26,867 bases of DNA from Octopus sinensis (GCF_006345805.1 NW_021834748.1:1-26867), one strand, 5' to 3'. Positions 11,326 through 21,935 are shown, numbered from the stretch's first letter. Numbers and translations are program-made. The notes: generated from the sequence alone by a model not told the origin.

Positions 11326-11368
<43 letters not shown>

Positions 11369-11384
11369 TTTATTATCATTATTA

Positions 11385-11415
<31 letters not shown>
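11326..11415. repeat. (ATT)n microsatellite at the SINE B tail
   Basis: Direct read. Confidence 0.92.
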
Positions 11416-11649
11416 CATTTCTTTTCTTATTCTTCTGCTCCATCTTCTTCTTTGCTCTCTTCTTAATTTGTTCTTTCGTGCTATGAGCTGTGTCTGACAT
11501 GGATGGATAGATGAATGAATGAGTGGCAGAAAGAGAAAAAGTCGAACGCAAACATTTTCGAAAACAATGTTTCAATAAGTTGTTCAGGTGACTGAATAAG
11601 TTGTTCAGAAGAGACTATACATACTGATATACATGATGCATGTATGAGT

Positions 11650-11815
11650 GTGTTTATATACATACATGCATACACACATATATACACCACCCATATACTT
11701 ATATATATATATATATATATACATATACGAGCTTACACGTACATGCATGCATACCTATACATACAAAATGTATACATACACATCATACACAAAGTACATA
11801 GATACAAGCCCTGCC

Positions 11816-11888
<73 letters not shown>

Positions 11889-12011
11889 TGTGTATGTACA
11901 TATATATGTATGCTGGTGTGTGTATAACCCACTCGCATACATACATGTATGATGTATATATATATATATATAATAATAAATATATACATACATACATGTA
12001 TAATATATATT

Positions 12012-12070
<59 letters not shown>
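11650..12070. repeat. (TA)n/(CA)n-rich microsatellite field
   Basis: Direct read. Confidence 0.9.
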
Positions 12071-12710
12071 GCTTACAAGCATATGCATACCTATACACAG
12101 GCATGCATTTACAAAGATGCATACGTACATACAATACATACACACACCCATATGCACAGACATACAAAGAAAAAAATTTACTCTTACCTCTGCACATGTA
12201 CAAATATTTATATAAACATAACAAACAACAACAACTACTACAACATCAGCAACAACAACAACAGTATCCTTTTTATTTCTCCCCAAGAAGTAAACAGGTG
12301 CGTGTTAAAACTCTTGACGATGGAACAAATTCTAAAATCAGAAAGCTTTAAGTTCTGTGCCTAAATTTCTTTTTAACCATTTGAAGTTCGTTTCCTGTCG
12401 AATGAAACGGTCATTCATTCTTGTCCACCGTCGTTTTTCCAGAACAGACTGAGGAAAAATATACAATAAAATAAAATGAAATAACTTTAAAAATAACCCA
12501 ATGAATCAAATATAAAACTGCCGTAACAAGAACGGTGTTACTCCTCACCTTTCGAACCCTGTAACAAGAAATAAATCGTTCATCACTCACTTTTAAAACT
12601 CAGTCAGCACCGATACATTGTTGTATATTCGCTTTTAACTCTCAAAAATAAAGGCTACATCGTTTGATATTGACTTTTAAAATATATATTTGCGCTTTGT
12701 CGTTTAATAC

Positions 12711-12880
12711 GTCCAACCACAGTCGAGTGGTTAGAAAGTTCATTTTCATCGGCACAGGTTCGATCCCTTTGCTTTCTACGTTTCTAGTCTTCGGTGTGTG
12801 TAACTGCATTATAAGCGTAAAGCGGTCGCCGGATACTTACAGAAGCCCTTTCTGCACACGTTAGTATGTGTGTGTGTGTA
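12711..12880 (+). mobile_element. Highly degenerate tRNA-SINE head
   Basis: gagtggttag (A-box-like), ggttcgatccc (B box), then agaagccc followed by (TG)n as in family A. Confidence 0.35.
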
Positions 12881-13020
12881 TTATTATTATTATTTAGAAT
12901 CGGCAAAAGTTACAAAATAATACAAGGCCGAGAGTTACGTGCATTGGTGCTTAATAAATATATACATATATACTCCAGTTTTTAGTTCTATTTTTCCAGC
13001 TTGTAGCACGCACCAAATCC

Positions 13021-13072
13021 ATCTATCTATCTGTCTGTCTGTCTGTCTGTCTGTCTGTTATCTGTCTTTCTG

Positions 13073-13128
<56 letters not shown>

Positions 13129-13143
13129 GCTATCTATCTATTT

Positions 13144-13180
<37 letters not shown>

Positions 13181-13233
13181 TGTCTATCTATCTATCTATC
13201 TACTATCTATCTATCTATCTATCTATCTATCAT

Positions 13234-13304
<71 letters not shown>

Positions 13305-13355
13305 GTCTGTCTGTCTGTCTATCTGTCTGACTGTATGTCTGCCTGTCTGTCTGTA
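13021..13355. repeat. (ATCT)n/(GTCT)n tetranucleotide microsatellite
   Basis: Direct read. Confidence 0.97.
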
Positions 13356-13356
13356 T

Positions 13357-13748
13357 GAAGGCGTGAACGTGTGGTTAAGAAGTTCGCTGCCCACTCAAGT
13401 AGTCTTGGATTCAGTTTCACTGCGTGGCACTTTGGGCAGATTTTTTCTATTGTAGCTCCGGGTCGAGCCTTATTCATATATATATCTGTGTGGTGTGTGT
13501 GGTGTGTGTGTGTGTGTATGTGTGTGATGTATGTTCGTATCTTAACCCTCCCTCTGCCGCTTGATAACCGGTGCTTGTTTGTTTACATTCTCGTAACTTA
13601 GCGGTCATGCAACAGAGACAGATAGAGTAAATACTAGACTTAGAAACAAAAAATGTAAGTAATTGGGTCGATTTGTTCGACTGAATCTGCTTCAAGGCGG
13701 TGCTGCCCCAGCATGGCCGCAATGCAGTGGCAGAAACAAGTAAAGGAT
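13357..13748 (+). mobile_element. Diverged SINE family A
   Basis: gtgtggttaagaagttcgc...cactgcgtggcactttgggcag...gcttgataaccggtgc...ggcggtgctgccccagcatggcc. Confidence 0.85.
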
Positions 13749-13825
13749 AAATCATATGTATGTATGTGTATGTATGTATGTATGTGGGTGTGTTTGTGTG
13801 TGTGTGTATGTATGTATGTATGTGG

Positions 13826-13861
<36 letters not shown>

Positions 13862-13882
13862 ATATATATATATATATATATA

Positions 13883-13994
13883 AGTTCAGCAAAAATTTAG
13901 ATTCAGATGAATATGGTACTTAAGTTAAAGGCACCAGAATTTGGCATGCTATTATCCACAATAATCAAATGGGGTGATTATTCACCCCCATTTG

Positions 13995-13996
<2 letters not shown>
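13883..13996. other. ~114-bp insert in (TA)n ending in a hairpin
   Basis: Flanked by (TA)n on both sides; atcaaatggggtga / tcacccccatttgat inverted repeat at 13964-13996. Confidence 0.55.
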
Positions 13997-14062
<66 letters not shown>

Positions 14063-14229
14063 CTGTTGTTTAGTAGTCATACGTAAGCGAATAGAATCGA
14101 TTTAATAGCATGCTGTCTTTAATTGTTTTTGGGTGTCTGTGTAGTGGCGTGCAGAGACACCTTGCTTCTCCGCCGTTTGAACCTGTGCAACGTCCAAGTT
14201 TTATCAGCCGGAAAGAGAGAAGGTTGCAC

Positions 14230-14396
14230 CTGCAGTTAGCTGGTGCTCATTTTGCCCTGAATACTCTTTGGCAACATAGGATGATGTTCCCTGTTCGAGG
14301 GACGCAACCCACTATCCAGTTCACGAATCGAACCAGCGACTCTGTGATCGTAAATGACGAATGCAACACTCTAACCACCAGGCCGCGTGCCTTCAC
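14230..14396 (-). mobile_element. tRNA-SINE head fragment
   Basis: Minus strand gtgaaggcacgcggcctggtggttagag...ggttcgattc; the first bases match the head at 5206. Confidence 0.6.
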
Positions 14397-14399
14397 ATC

Positions 14400-14609
14400 C
14401 ACATATACGCATGTATGCATGTATGCAGGTATGTATGTGCGTATGTATGAGTGCATATATGCATGTATGTTTGTATATATGTACGTATGTATGTATGCAT
14501 GCATGTGCGTATGTATGTATGTATGTTTGTATAGACGTATGTATATATGTTTGTATGTGCGTATGTAATGTATATATGTATGTGCATAGTATGCCTATGC
14601 ATGCGTATA

Positions 14610-14685
<76 letters not shown>

Positions 14686-14760
14686 TGGTATGTATGTATG
14701 TATGTATATATTATATATATATATATGTTCGTGTATGTAAGTGTGTGTGCGCGCGTGTGT
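14400..14760. repeat. (GTAT)n/(TA)n microsatellite field
   Basis: Direct read. Confidence 0.9.
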
Positions 14761-14809
14761 CTGTATCACTCGAGTTGTGTATCTTCAAGTGAAAGGTAAA
14801 TTAACCCTT

Positions 14810-14935
14810 CGATAGAGATAAATAAAATCAATAGCAAAATCAATACTGGGTTCGATATTCAATACGATCGGTGAAAGCACTTGAAAGCTGTACTCCAGCA
14901 TGGCCGCATTCCTAAGAATGACAAAAATAAAAACG
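14810..14935 (+). mobile_element. Degenerate SINE family A 3' fragment
   Basis: tactgggttcgat...tactccagcatggccgca resembles the family A tail. Confidence 0.45.
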
Positions 14936-15146
14936 AAAACAAGTGGCTCTCACTACTTGGAGTGCGTTAACCTGAAGTCTGCTTTGGTCGGACGATGTGA
15001 TCAGCATAGGCGTTCCACGCGTGGCTAGCTCCCCTTTATAAGAATACCAAAGATATATATACCCCATATAATCATATATACCCCATATAATCCACACAAA
15101 CTACAACTCACTGGGGACCCCGAATGACCAGGGTACTGAAGTATTT

Positions 15147-15375
15147 TGTTGTGTAGTTCTTGTTAACCCTAGGTCGGCTGTTATGAAGCAGTCTTATAAT
15201 CAGAGACATTCCAGTGTTGGCCATCATGCTTTTTAGGAGTATTTAGGACAAGTGTATCGAATGTGTTCTTCTGCTTTTCATTACTAATGCAAGGAGTGTG
15301 AGTTTAAAGAGGAGTTGGCTGTTCTTTCTAGCATGTCAAGTGACTGCTTTAATGTCTTTCGTATGTAGAGGCTCT
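15147..15375. mobile_element. Degenerate copy of repeat family E
   Basis: Contains gctgttctttctagca and gtagaggctctc, similar to 384-425. Left boundary is estimated. Confidence 0.45.
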
Positions 15376-15760
15376 CGTGCATTATTTCGCCTAATCGATC
15401 GATATTTACTCTGATCGAATGGAGAATGGAAGAGTAAGTGGGCAGGGGACATGGTCTGATAGGTGAGAACGGAGCGGTGGTGGAGCAACTATAGTTGGTA
15501 GGGGTGGTCATTGCTGGAAGCGGTCTCGGATTCTTATTACAAAATAACAAAACACGGAATTCTTTTACAAAACCAACGCAAAATAATTGCGAAAATATAA
15601 AAAAAATATACAAAATATGATAAAAAAAAAGAAGGTAATAGGGAGCATCTCGTTCGTATTATCTTCTTAGATTTTGGCCCTTTATTTTAGTTAATTGCTT
15701 TCAGTTATTCAAATGTTCTGATGTGTGAAGTAAAGTTGTGTGTGTGTGTGTGTGTGTGTG

Positions 15761-15934
15761 TCTGTGTTTGCTCCTTACAATCGCTTGATAACCGATGCTG
15801 GTGTGTTTACGTCTCTGTAGCTTAGCAGTTCGGCAAAAGAGACCGATAGAATAAGTACTAGGCTTACAAAGAATAAGTCCTGGGGTCGATTTCTCGACCA
15901 AAATCCTTTAAGGCGGTGCTCCAAGTAAAAGAAT
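15761..15934 (+). mobile_element. SINE family A 3' half
   Basis: tctgtgtttg...aaccgatgctggtgtgtttacgtc...gatagaataagtactaggcttacaaagaataagtcctgggg, near-identical to 6283. Confidence 0.9.
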
Positions 15935-16058
15935 ATATATATATATATATTATATATATATCTATATATATATATAATATATATATATATGCGCGTGTGC
16001 AGATACATTTTTTGTGTGTATGGATATGTGTAAATATATTTGTGTGTGTGTGTGTGTG

Positions 16059-16089
<31 letters not shown>

Positions 16090-16220
16090 AATACATATAT
16101 ATGTATATGTGTGTAAATATGTATATATATATATATGTATATGTGTGTGTATGTATGTATATGTGTGTGTGTATGTATGTATATGTATGTGTGTGTGTGT
16201 GTGTGTGGTGTGTGTACGTG
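15935..16220. repeat. (TA)n/(TG)n microsatellite field
   Basis: Direct read. Confidence 0.9.
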
Positions 16221-16644
16221 CGTACGCATTGGATGGCGCTAACTAGTGAGCCGTCATCCATCTGAATGTGATAGAATGTGAATCTAGCAGAATGTGATAT
16301 TTTGTTAAAGAAATATTAAGGCTGCTATTTCTAGCAAGCTGAGAGATCGCTTAGATCCATCCTTCTCACCTTACTCTAGATATTAGCATTGTTAATTAAT
16401 TGTTTAGATAGTTAAGAGTTGATAGTAACTATTGTCAGTCTGGAAGGCTATAATAGCAGAGTCGCTGGTTCTTATTTATAGTTTATATTACAGGTGAATC
16501 AATGATAAATCACCTGTTGACTGCTTTTGATCTACTTTTGTTTGTTTATAGACTTTAAGGGAAGGGGCAGCGCCAATAACCGTCTACTTTTTAATCGTGA
16601 TTTCGAGACTGGTTCAATGAAGAAAGGAAGTTGTCCCTTTAATC

Positions 16645-16875
16645 CAGTGCTTGTCAACCATTTTTTAACCTATGGACGCCTTTGGTTCATATTTTACTTG
16701 GATGGACCCTCCTAAGCTTTTGATGTTATGAAAATCCTAATTAAATGTTACTGGAAAATTGCAATAATATTTTGTGCATTGTAGCAGTATAACCAATTTA
16801 TTGCAGATATATTTTGACAACAGAATCTTACATGAACCCGCAAAAGCCCTTTGGGGTCCCCGTTGAGAACCACGG
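16645..16875. mobile_element. hAT (Charlie-like) MITE with exact 8-bp TSD
   Basis: TIRs cagtgcttgtcaacc / cgttgagaaccacgg (CAGTGGTTCTCAACC type). ctttaatc is duplicated at 16637-16644 and 16876-16883. Confidence 0.85.
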
Positions 16876-17199
16876 CTTTAATCAAAGACCGAGGCCGAAA
16901 CCTTATGACAGAGTGAATTTTACTGAAGTCAGGCAAGATAACTGGATAACGGGTTAAATAAGTCAAGCACACACAAACACACACACACACACACCCACAC
17001 ACACACACTCACACACACAAACACACACACACAAACACACACATACACACACACAAGGCTGGAATAAAGCCATCGGTGCCTGACGATGTAACAACGTCGA
17101 CCAGAACGTCATTTTAAACATCTCTGAAAAGAAAAAAAGAAGACCAAGTTGACGCCGATGGGATTAAACTCAAGGATTAAGGTTTAAGTCTGTCGCGGG

Positions 17200-17420
17200 C
17201 CCTCGGAGTCATAAAGCCGGAGCTTAATCCGGTTTCTATGATTGAGATTATACTGCCCCCCCCCACACTCGAACTGTTTGTCGCTGGGTTATATCCCCAA
17301 CTATTACCGCAACTAATTTTACCGCTGGAGGGACGAGGATATATCGTATCGCCCGTTCCAGGAATCGAAACTACAATCTGACAATCGTGTATGCAACACC
17401 TTAACCACTAAGTCATACAC
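17200..17420 (-). mobile_element. Degenerate tRNA-derived SINE
   Basis: Minus-strand head gtatgacttagtggttaagg...gtttcgattcctgg; the body is too eroded to assign. Confidence 0.45.
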
Positions 17421-17541
17421 ATAACTCAGAGTGAAAAAAAAAAAAGGGAAAAAATAGAAATTAAATGAATATAATATATCGCAAAGAATTTTGTCATACG
17501 CTCTGAACGAATGGCACTATATAGTAGGTTATACTGCAATA

Positions 17542-17668
17542 CAGGTATGTCTCTGTTATTAAGGGATTTGCTTTGCAACAGTATGGTTTTGAGTTCGGTT
17601 CCACTGCGTGGTAACTTGCGCAGGTGTCTGACCAAAGCACTGGGACTGAAATATGGAAAAAGGAAGTT
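17542..17668 (+). mobile_element. Degenerate SINE family A head
   Basis: gagttcggttccactgcgtgg...gcaggtgtct...gaccaaagc. Confidence 0.55.
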
Positions 17669-17768
17669 GTGTAGGAGGCTGATGGAAGAGACAGTTTATA
17701 TTCTTGGATGCTAGAATTGATTTGTCACCCGTTTAGTCCCACTACTTGGTCGTTTGGTTAATTTAGTG

Positions 17769-18060
17769 CTGTGGTTTTCAACCGTTTTTTGCTTCTGGAC
17801 CCCTTTCATTCTTGTTTTATTCTACTGTACCCCTATACACATTTGGTGTTAAAACAATTCATTATATTTTTATAATTAAGTATCGTTAGGAATTTTATTT
17901 AAAAAAATGTTAAAATATCTTGTCTCCTGTAGAAGTATAGCTATTTTATTGTACATGAATTTTAACAACAAAATCTTATAGGGACCCCTAATGGTCATAT
18001 GAACCTCCAAGGATCATGTGGAATTTCAAGGGTCATGTGGATCCCGGTTGAGAACCTCTG
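17769..18060. mobile_element. hAT (Charlie-like) MITE, same family as 16645-16875
   Basis: TIRs ctgtggttttcaacc / ggttgagaacctctg. Internal ttttaacaacaaaatcttatagggaccc matches ttttgacaacagaatcttacatgaaccc in the other copy. TSD not preserved. Confidence 0.7.
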
Positions 18061-18557
18061 ATTACAAGGGAAATGGTGGGGACAGAGAAAGGGTAAATGG
18101 TCTACGGCATAAAAAAAAATCCCTTTAAACTTGGTAAAATAATATTCGAAGTGGTTTGTATGATCGGAAATATAATCTCAAAGGTGTTCGTGGAGTCATA
18201 GTGAGGATCTGATCAAAGACTGTAATTAAAAAAAGGTAGGAGAAAACGTTTCAAATACAAATAAAGTGGAAGTATATGAAAATAAACATTATTTTCTATC
18301 TTGCTTTTTAGTTTTGTTTCATTTTGAAAAATAAAAATTGATTTTTATGGTTTATTACTGTTTCTATTTTGAATTACATATATATAGGGGTACCAAAATC
18401 TTAAGTGCTTAGGGCCTCTATTGGTCTTAAACCGGATCCTGTGGGGACTGAAGATATCTTCTTTGATTCTCACTAATTAAGGAGACACAAATAAGGGTAT
18501 TGGGTTCTACCCTTCATAGCCCACCCCACCAAGAACAAATTAAATAGTGACTTCTAT

Positions 18558-18856
18558 CCACGCTGGGGCACCGCCTTGAAGGGTTTATCCGAACAAATCC
18601 AGTATATATTTTCTTTCTTTAAAGTCTAGTAATTATTTAATCCGTTTCTTTTTTGCCAAACCACGAATTTACGGGGACGAAAACAAACCAACACTTATAA
18701 GGGGATGAACACAAACACAAACCCACATACACACGCACGCACGCACGCACACACACAACTCGCTTCTTTCAGTTTTCATCTACGGTCCACTCACAAGGCT
18801 TTGGTTGGCCCGAGGTTAGAATAGTCGACACTTGCTCACAATGACACGTGGGATTG
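18558..18856 (-). mobile_element. Diverged SINE family A, head truncated
   Basis: cgctggggcaccgcc, cttctttcagttt and ccactcacaaggctttgg are reverse complements of family A segments. Confidence 0.8.
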
Positions 18857-18985
18857 TGTTTATGTTCGCTAAACGTATCATTACTGCTATGGTTGTTAAC
18901 ACTCACGATGACCAACGAAAACATACGTGGTTTGCATTACCATCTAACTCCATTCTGCAGTTATGCGGAGAGCTCGACGCAGTTC

Positions 18986-20288
18986 GGATCTTTTCATTTT
19001 GAAAGCCAGATTTTCCTAGTTAACTAAACAATTTGAAACTTCGTATACTGATAGAATGTGTCAAAAGAAAACATAATTGTAAACCAAAATGAAAACAGAA
19101 GTGTAATTTCTAAGTTTAACGTTTAATAATCCGAATTTTAACCAATGATATTCTTTCTTTCGACTTCATATCATTTACTGCCTCTCAAAATATTGTTACT
19201 GTAACGTAAACAGCTATTTTGTGACGTAGTTAACGTAAACATAAAATGTAAACATCCGCTTATCGTAACTAAACACTTTCAAACTTCGTGGAGTATATAT
19301 AAAATTTGTGCAGATCCTAAATAGCTAAATTCTTTTTGAAAGTCTTAGTATATATAAAATGTGTGTTTAAATTATTTTCCATTGTTTGCATTGCTTACAC
19401 ACACACACACACACACACATACATACATACATACATACATACTAAAATTACATCGTTGGAGCAGTAATTTATTTATGTATTTTTTGTTATACAATTTATT
19501 TTTAAGCTGAATCCCTATCCTGCCATTAACCTCTTTCTTATAAAATAGTTGAAGAATCTGGGGTGTAGGTATTGGGCCAGTATTGGAACTTTTAACTTCT
19601 TGCTCTCTATCTTATGATCTCCGAAATTTAAGAATCTGTGTTAACTGGGCTCTTATTATTTACTCTGACTCTGCCACCACTCAATGCCAAAGACTATCAA
19701 TATCAGAATCATCTTCACAACCACCATACAACATTATTACAACCTCCAATGCCACCACCACAACCATCTTCTGCAACCACAACCCCAAGATCAATACCAG
19801 CATCATATTCAAAATCACCAATTTCACCACCACTACACTCTGCAATGTCTTCAACACTACCATCCATGAGACATCCTAACATAATCAATGCTACTACTAC
19901 TATCATCATCATTATCATCATCATCCACTGCCGCCGCCGCCGCCACCACCACCGCCACCACCACCACCACCGCCACCACCACCACCACCACCACTGCCAT
20001 GATAACCATATCTACCACGGCTGTTTGCTTACTGCTTACCCACTCACAAAATAGCTGTCTACGTCACAGTAACACCATGCAGCTAATAATTTCTAATGAA
20101 AACAGACAATACGATTGGTTAAAATTCGCAGATTTAAACTACGTTTAAACTTATAAAATACATTTTTGTCAAAAAAACTAGTTGAAATTATTGTTTTCTT
20201 TTGACACATTCTACCAGTATACGAAGTTTCAAATTATTTAGTTAACTAGAAAAATCTGAAAAATCTAGCTTTCAAAATGAAAAGATCC
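18986..20288. mobile_element. Non-autonomous DNA transposon with ~240-bp TIRs, exact 8-bp TSD and internal cargo (MULE/Foldback-like; superfamily uncertain)
   Basis: Arms 18986-19224 and 20044-20288 are inverted, and their first 21 nt are identical (GGATCTTTTCATTTTGAAAGC). cgcagttc is duplicated at 18978-18985 and 20289-20296. Confidence 0.85.
19890..19996. repeat. (CAT)/(GCC)/(CAC)n low-complexity tract inside the long-TIR element
   Basis: Direct read. Confidence 0.9.
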
Positions 20289-20306
20289 CGCAGTTCTGTT
20301 TTTAAT

Positions 20307-20709
20307 TCTTTTATTCCTTTACTTGTTTCAGTCATTTTGACTGCGGCCATGCTGAAGCACAACCTCAAAGGTTTTCTTTTTTTTAGTCAAACAAATCCTC
20401 ACCAGGACTTATTTCTTAAGCCTAGTACTTATTCTATCTGTCTCTTTTGCCGAATCGCTAAGTTAGGAAGACGTAAACACAACAACACGTGTTGTCAAGA
20501 GGTGATGGGAGGACAAATGCAGACACAAAGACACACACACACACACAACGGACTTCTTTCAGTTTCCCTCTACCAAATCCACTCACAAGGTTTTGGTCAG
20601 CCCGGGGCTATTGTAGAAGACACATGACCATGGTGTCACACAGTGGGACTGAACCCGGAACTATACAGTTGGGAAGCAAGCTTCTTACGACACAGCCACG
20701 CCTGCGCCT
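20307..20709 (-). mobile_element. SINE family A, full length
   Basis: Minus-strand head aggcgcaggcgtggctgtgtcgtaagaagc; tail ...atgactgaaacaagtaaagg. Confidence 0.9.
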
Positions 20710-20718
20710 AAACTAAAT

Positions 20719-20800
20719 CGCTACGGGCAGAATTCGAACCTGCGCTGGTATAACTCATTGGATTTTGAGTTCAACGTCTTAATCACTCAGCCACCTTAAC
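20719..20800 (-). pseudogene. tRNA-Ser-like pseudogene, anticodon position CAA (probably decayed CGA)
   Basis: Minus strand: GTTAAGG TGGCTGAGTGATTAAGACG TTGAA CTCAAAA TCCAA TGAGTTATACCA GC GCAGG TTCGAAT TCTGC CCGTAGC G. 82 nt, long variable arm, G73, intact T arm; mismatches in the acceptor, D and anticodon stems. Confidence 0.75.
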
Positions 20801-20925
20801 AGCGGTTGACAAAATTTAAATCTTTTATATCCATACGGACCGTTATTAAGAGATTTTCATTCCAATTAATCTCATAAATCTGGAAGGATTATGGACACAG
20901 CGATTCCAAGCTTGTTAGAAATATT

Positions 20926-21372
20926 GCAGGTTTGGTTGTGTGGTAATAGGTATGCTTCCCAACCACATGGTTCCAGGTTCAGTCCCACTGCGTAGCATCT
21001 TGGGCAAGCTTCTTCTACTATATCCCCGGGTCGACCAAACCATGTGAGCGGATTTGGCAAACGGAAAATGAAAGATTTTGTGTGTGTGTGTGCGTGCGTG
21101 TGTAGGGTATGTATAAATGTATATATGTACGTGTGTGTGTATGTATGTATTATGTATGTAGTGTTTGAGTTTGTGTTTGTAACCCAACACCACTTGACAA
21201 CAGGTGTTAGATTGTTTACGTCCCCGTAACTTTGCGGCTCAGCAAAAAGAGACCGGCAGCATAAGTACCTGGCTTAAAACGAAAAAGAATAAGTACTCAG
21301 GTCCATTTGTTCGACTAAACCCTCGAAGGACGTGCCCTAACACGGCCGTAGTACTGTGAGTAAACGATAAAA
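20926..21372 (+). mobile_element. SINE family A, full length, diverged
   Basis: aaccacatggttccaggttcagtcccactgcg...cttgacaacaggtg...aataagtact. Confidence 0.88.
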
Positions 21373-21464
21373 TATTAAAAAAAAAACACTACATGATGTG
21401 AGCTTGATCTCTTTACCTTTCTATTGATAGACCAATATCGTGTTATCAGTAAACAATTATAAAA

Positions 21465-21676
21465 AGGGCGGCGAGCTGGCAGAATCGTTAGCACGCCGGA
21501 CGAAATGCTTGGCGGTTCTTCGCCTGTCTTTACGTTCTGAGTTCAAATTCCGCCGAGGTTGACTTTGTCTTTCATCCTTTCGAGGTCAATAAATTAAGTA
21601 CTAGTTGTGTACTGATGTTGATCGAATTGACTGGCCCACTCCCTCAAAATTTCGGGCCTTGTGTCTAGAGTAGAAA
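21465..21676 (+). mobile_element. SINE family B with 17-bp TSD
   Basis: ggcggcgagctggcagaatcgttagcacgcc head. agtaaacaattataaaa is duplicated at 21448-21464 and 21677-21693. Confidence 0.92.
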
Positions 21677-21720
21677 AGTAAACAATTATAAAATCAATAT
21701 ATAAAGTAGACAAAACCAAC

Positions 21721-21821
21721 GGGCAGGGAGAATCGTTTGCACGCCGGACAAAACGCTTAGCGGTATTTCATTCGGGTTTACGTTCTTAGTTCAAATACTG
21801 CTGAGGTCTATTTTGCCTTTC
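21721..21821 (+). mobile_element. SINE family B 5' half
   Basis: gaatcgtttgcacgccggac...agttcaaatactgctgaggtc...ttttgccttt. Confidence 0.75.
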
Positions 21822-21886
21822 GGACTGAACCGGAAACCACGTGCTTGCAGTCCGAGTTTCTTTAGTAGACAGTCGTGCCTGCGCCT
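21822..21886 (-). mobile_element. SINE family A head, abutting the preceding SINE B half
   Basis: Minus strand aggcgcaggcacgactgtc...ccggttcagtccg. Confidence 0.65.
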
Positions 21887-21888
21887 AG

Positions 21889-21935
<47 letters not shown>

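Noticed and set aside
15055-15092. Perfect 19-bp tandem duplication (atatataccccatataatc x2)
   Set aside because: Real, but ordinary slippage next to a TA run; only two units, so not an array.
15284-15613. Minus ORF containing HESLYIRK, reminiscent of a GIY-YIG C-terminal motif
   Set aside because: That part overlaps repeat family E sequence, and no upstream GIY/YIG or catalytic Arg context is present.
16230-16290. Hairpin tggatggcgct...agccgtcatcca followed by CTAG (Helitron-like 3' end)
   Set aside because: The stem is imperfect, the spacing to CTAG is 23 nt, CTAG is not followed by T and no matching 5' TC terminus was identified.
17080-17110. CUGACGA...GAACGUC hammerhead-like string
   Set aside because: There is no GAAA adjacent to a stem II and no stem I pairing; it would need several ad hoc indels.
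19638-20054. 138-aa ORF with a signal-peptide-like start and His-rich tail inside the long-TIR element
   Set aside because: It starts at a non-ATG codon and is mostly low-complexity CAC/CAT translation; no splice or homology support.
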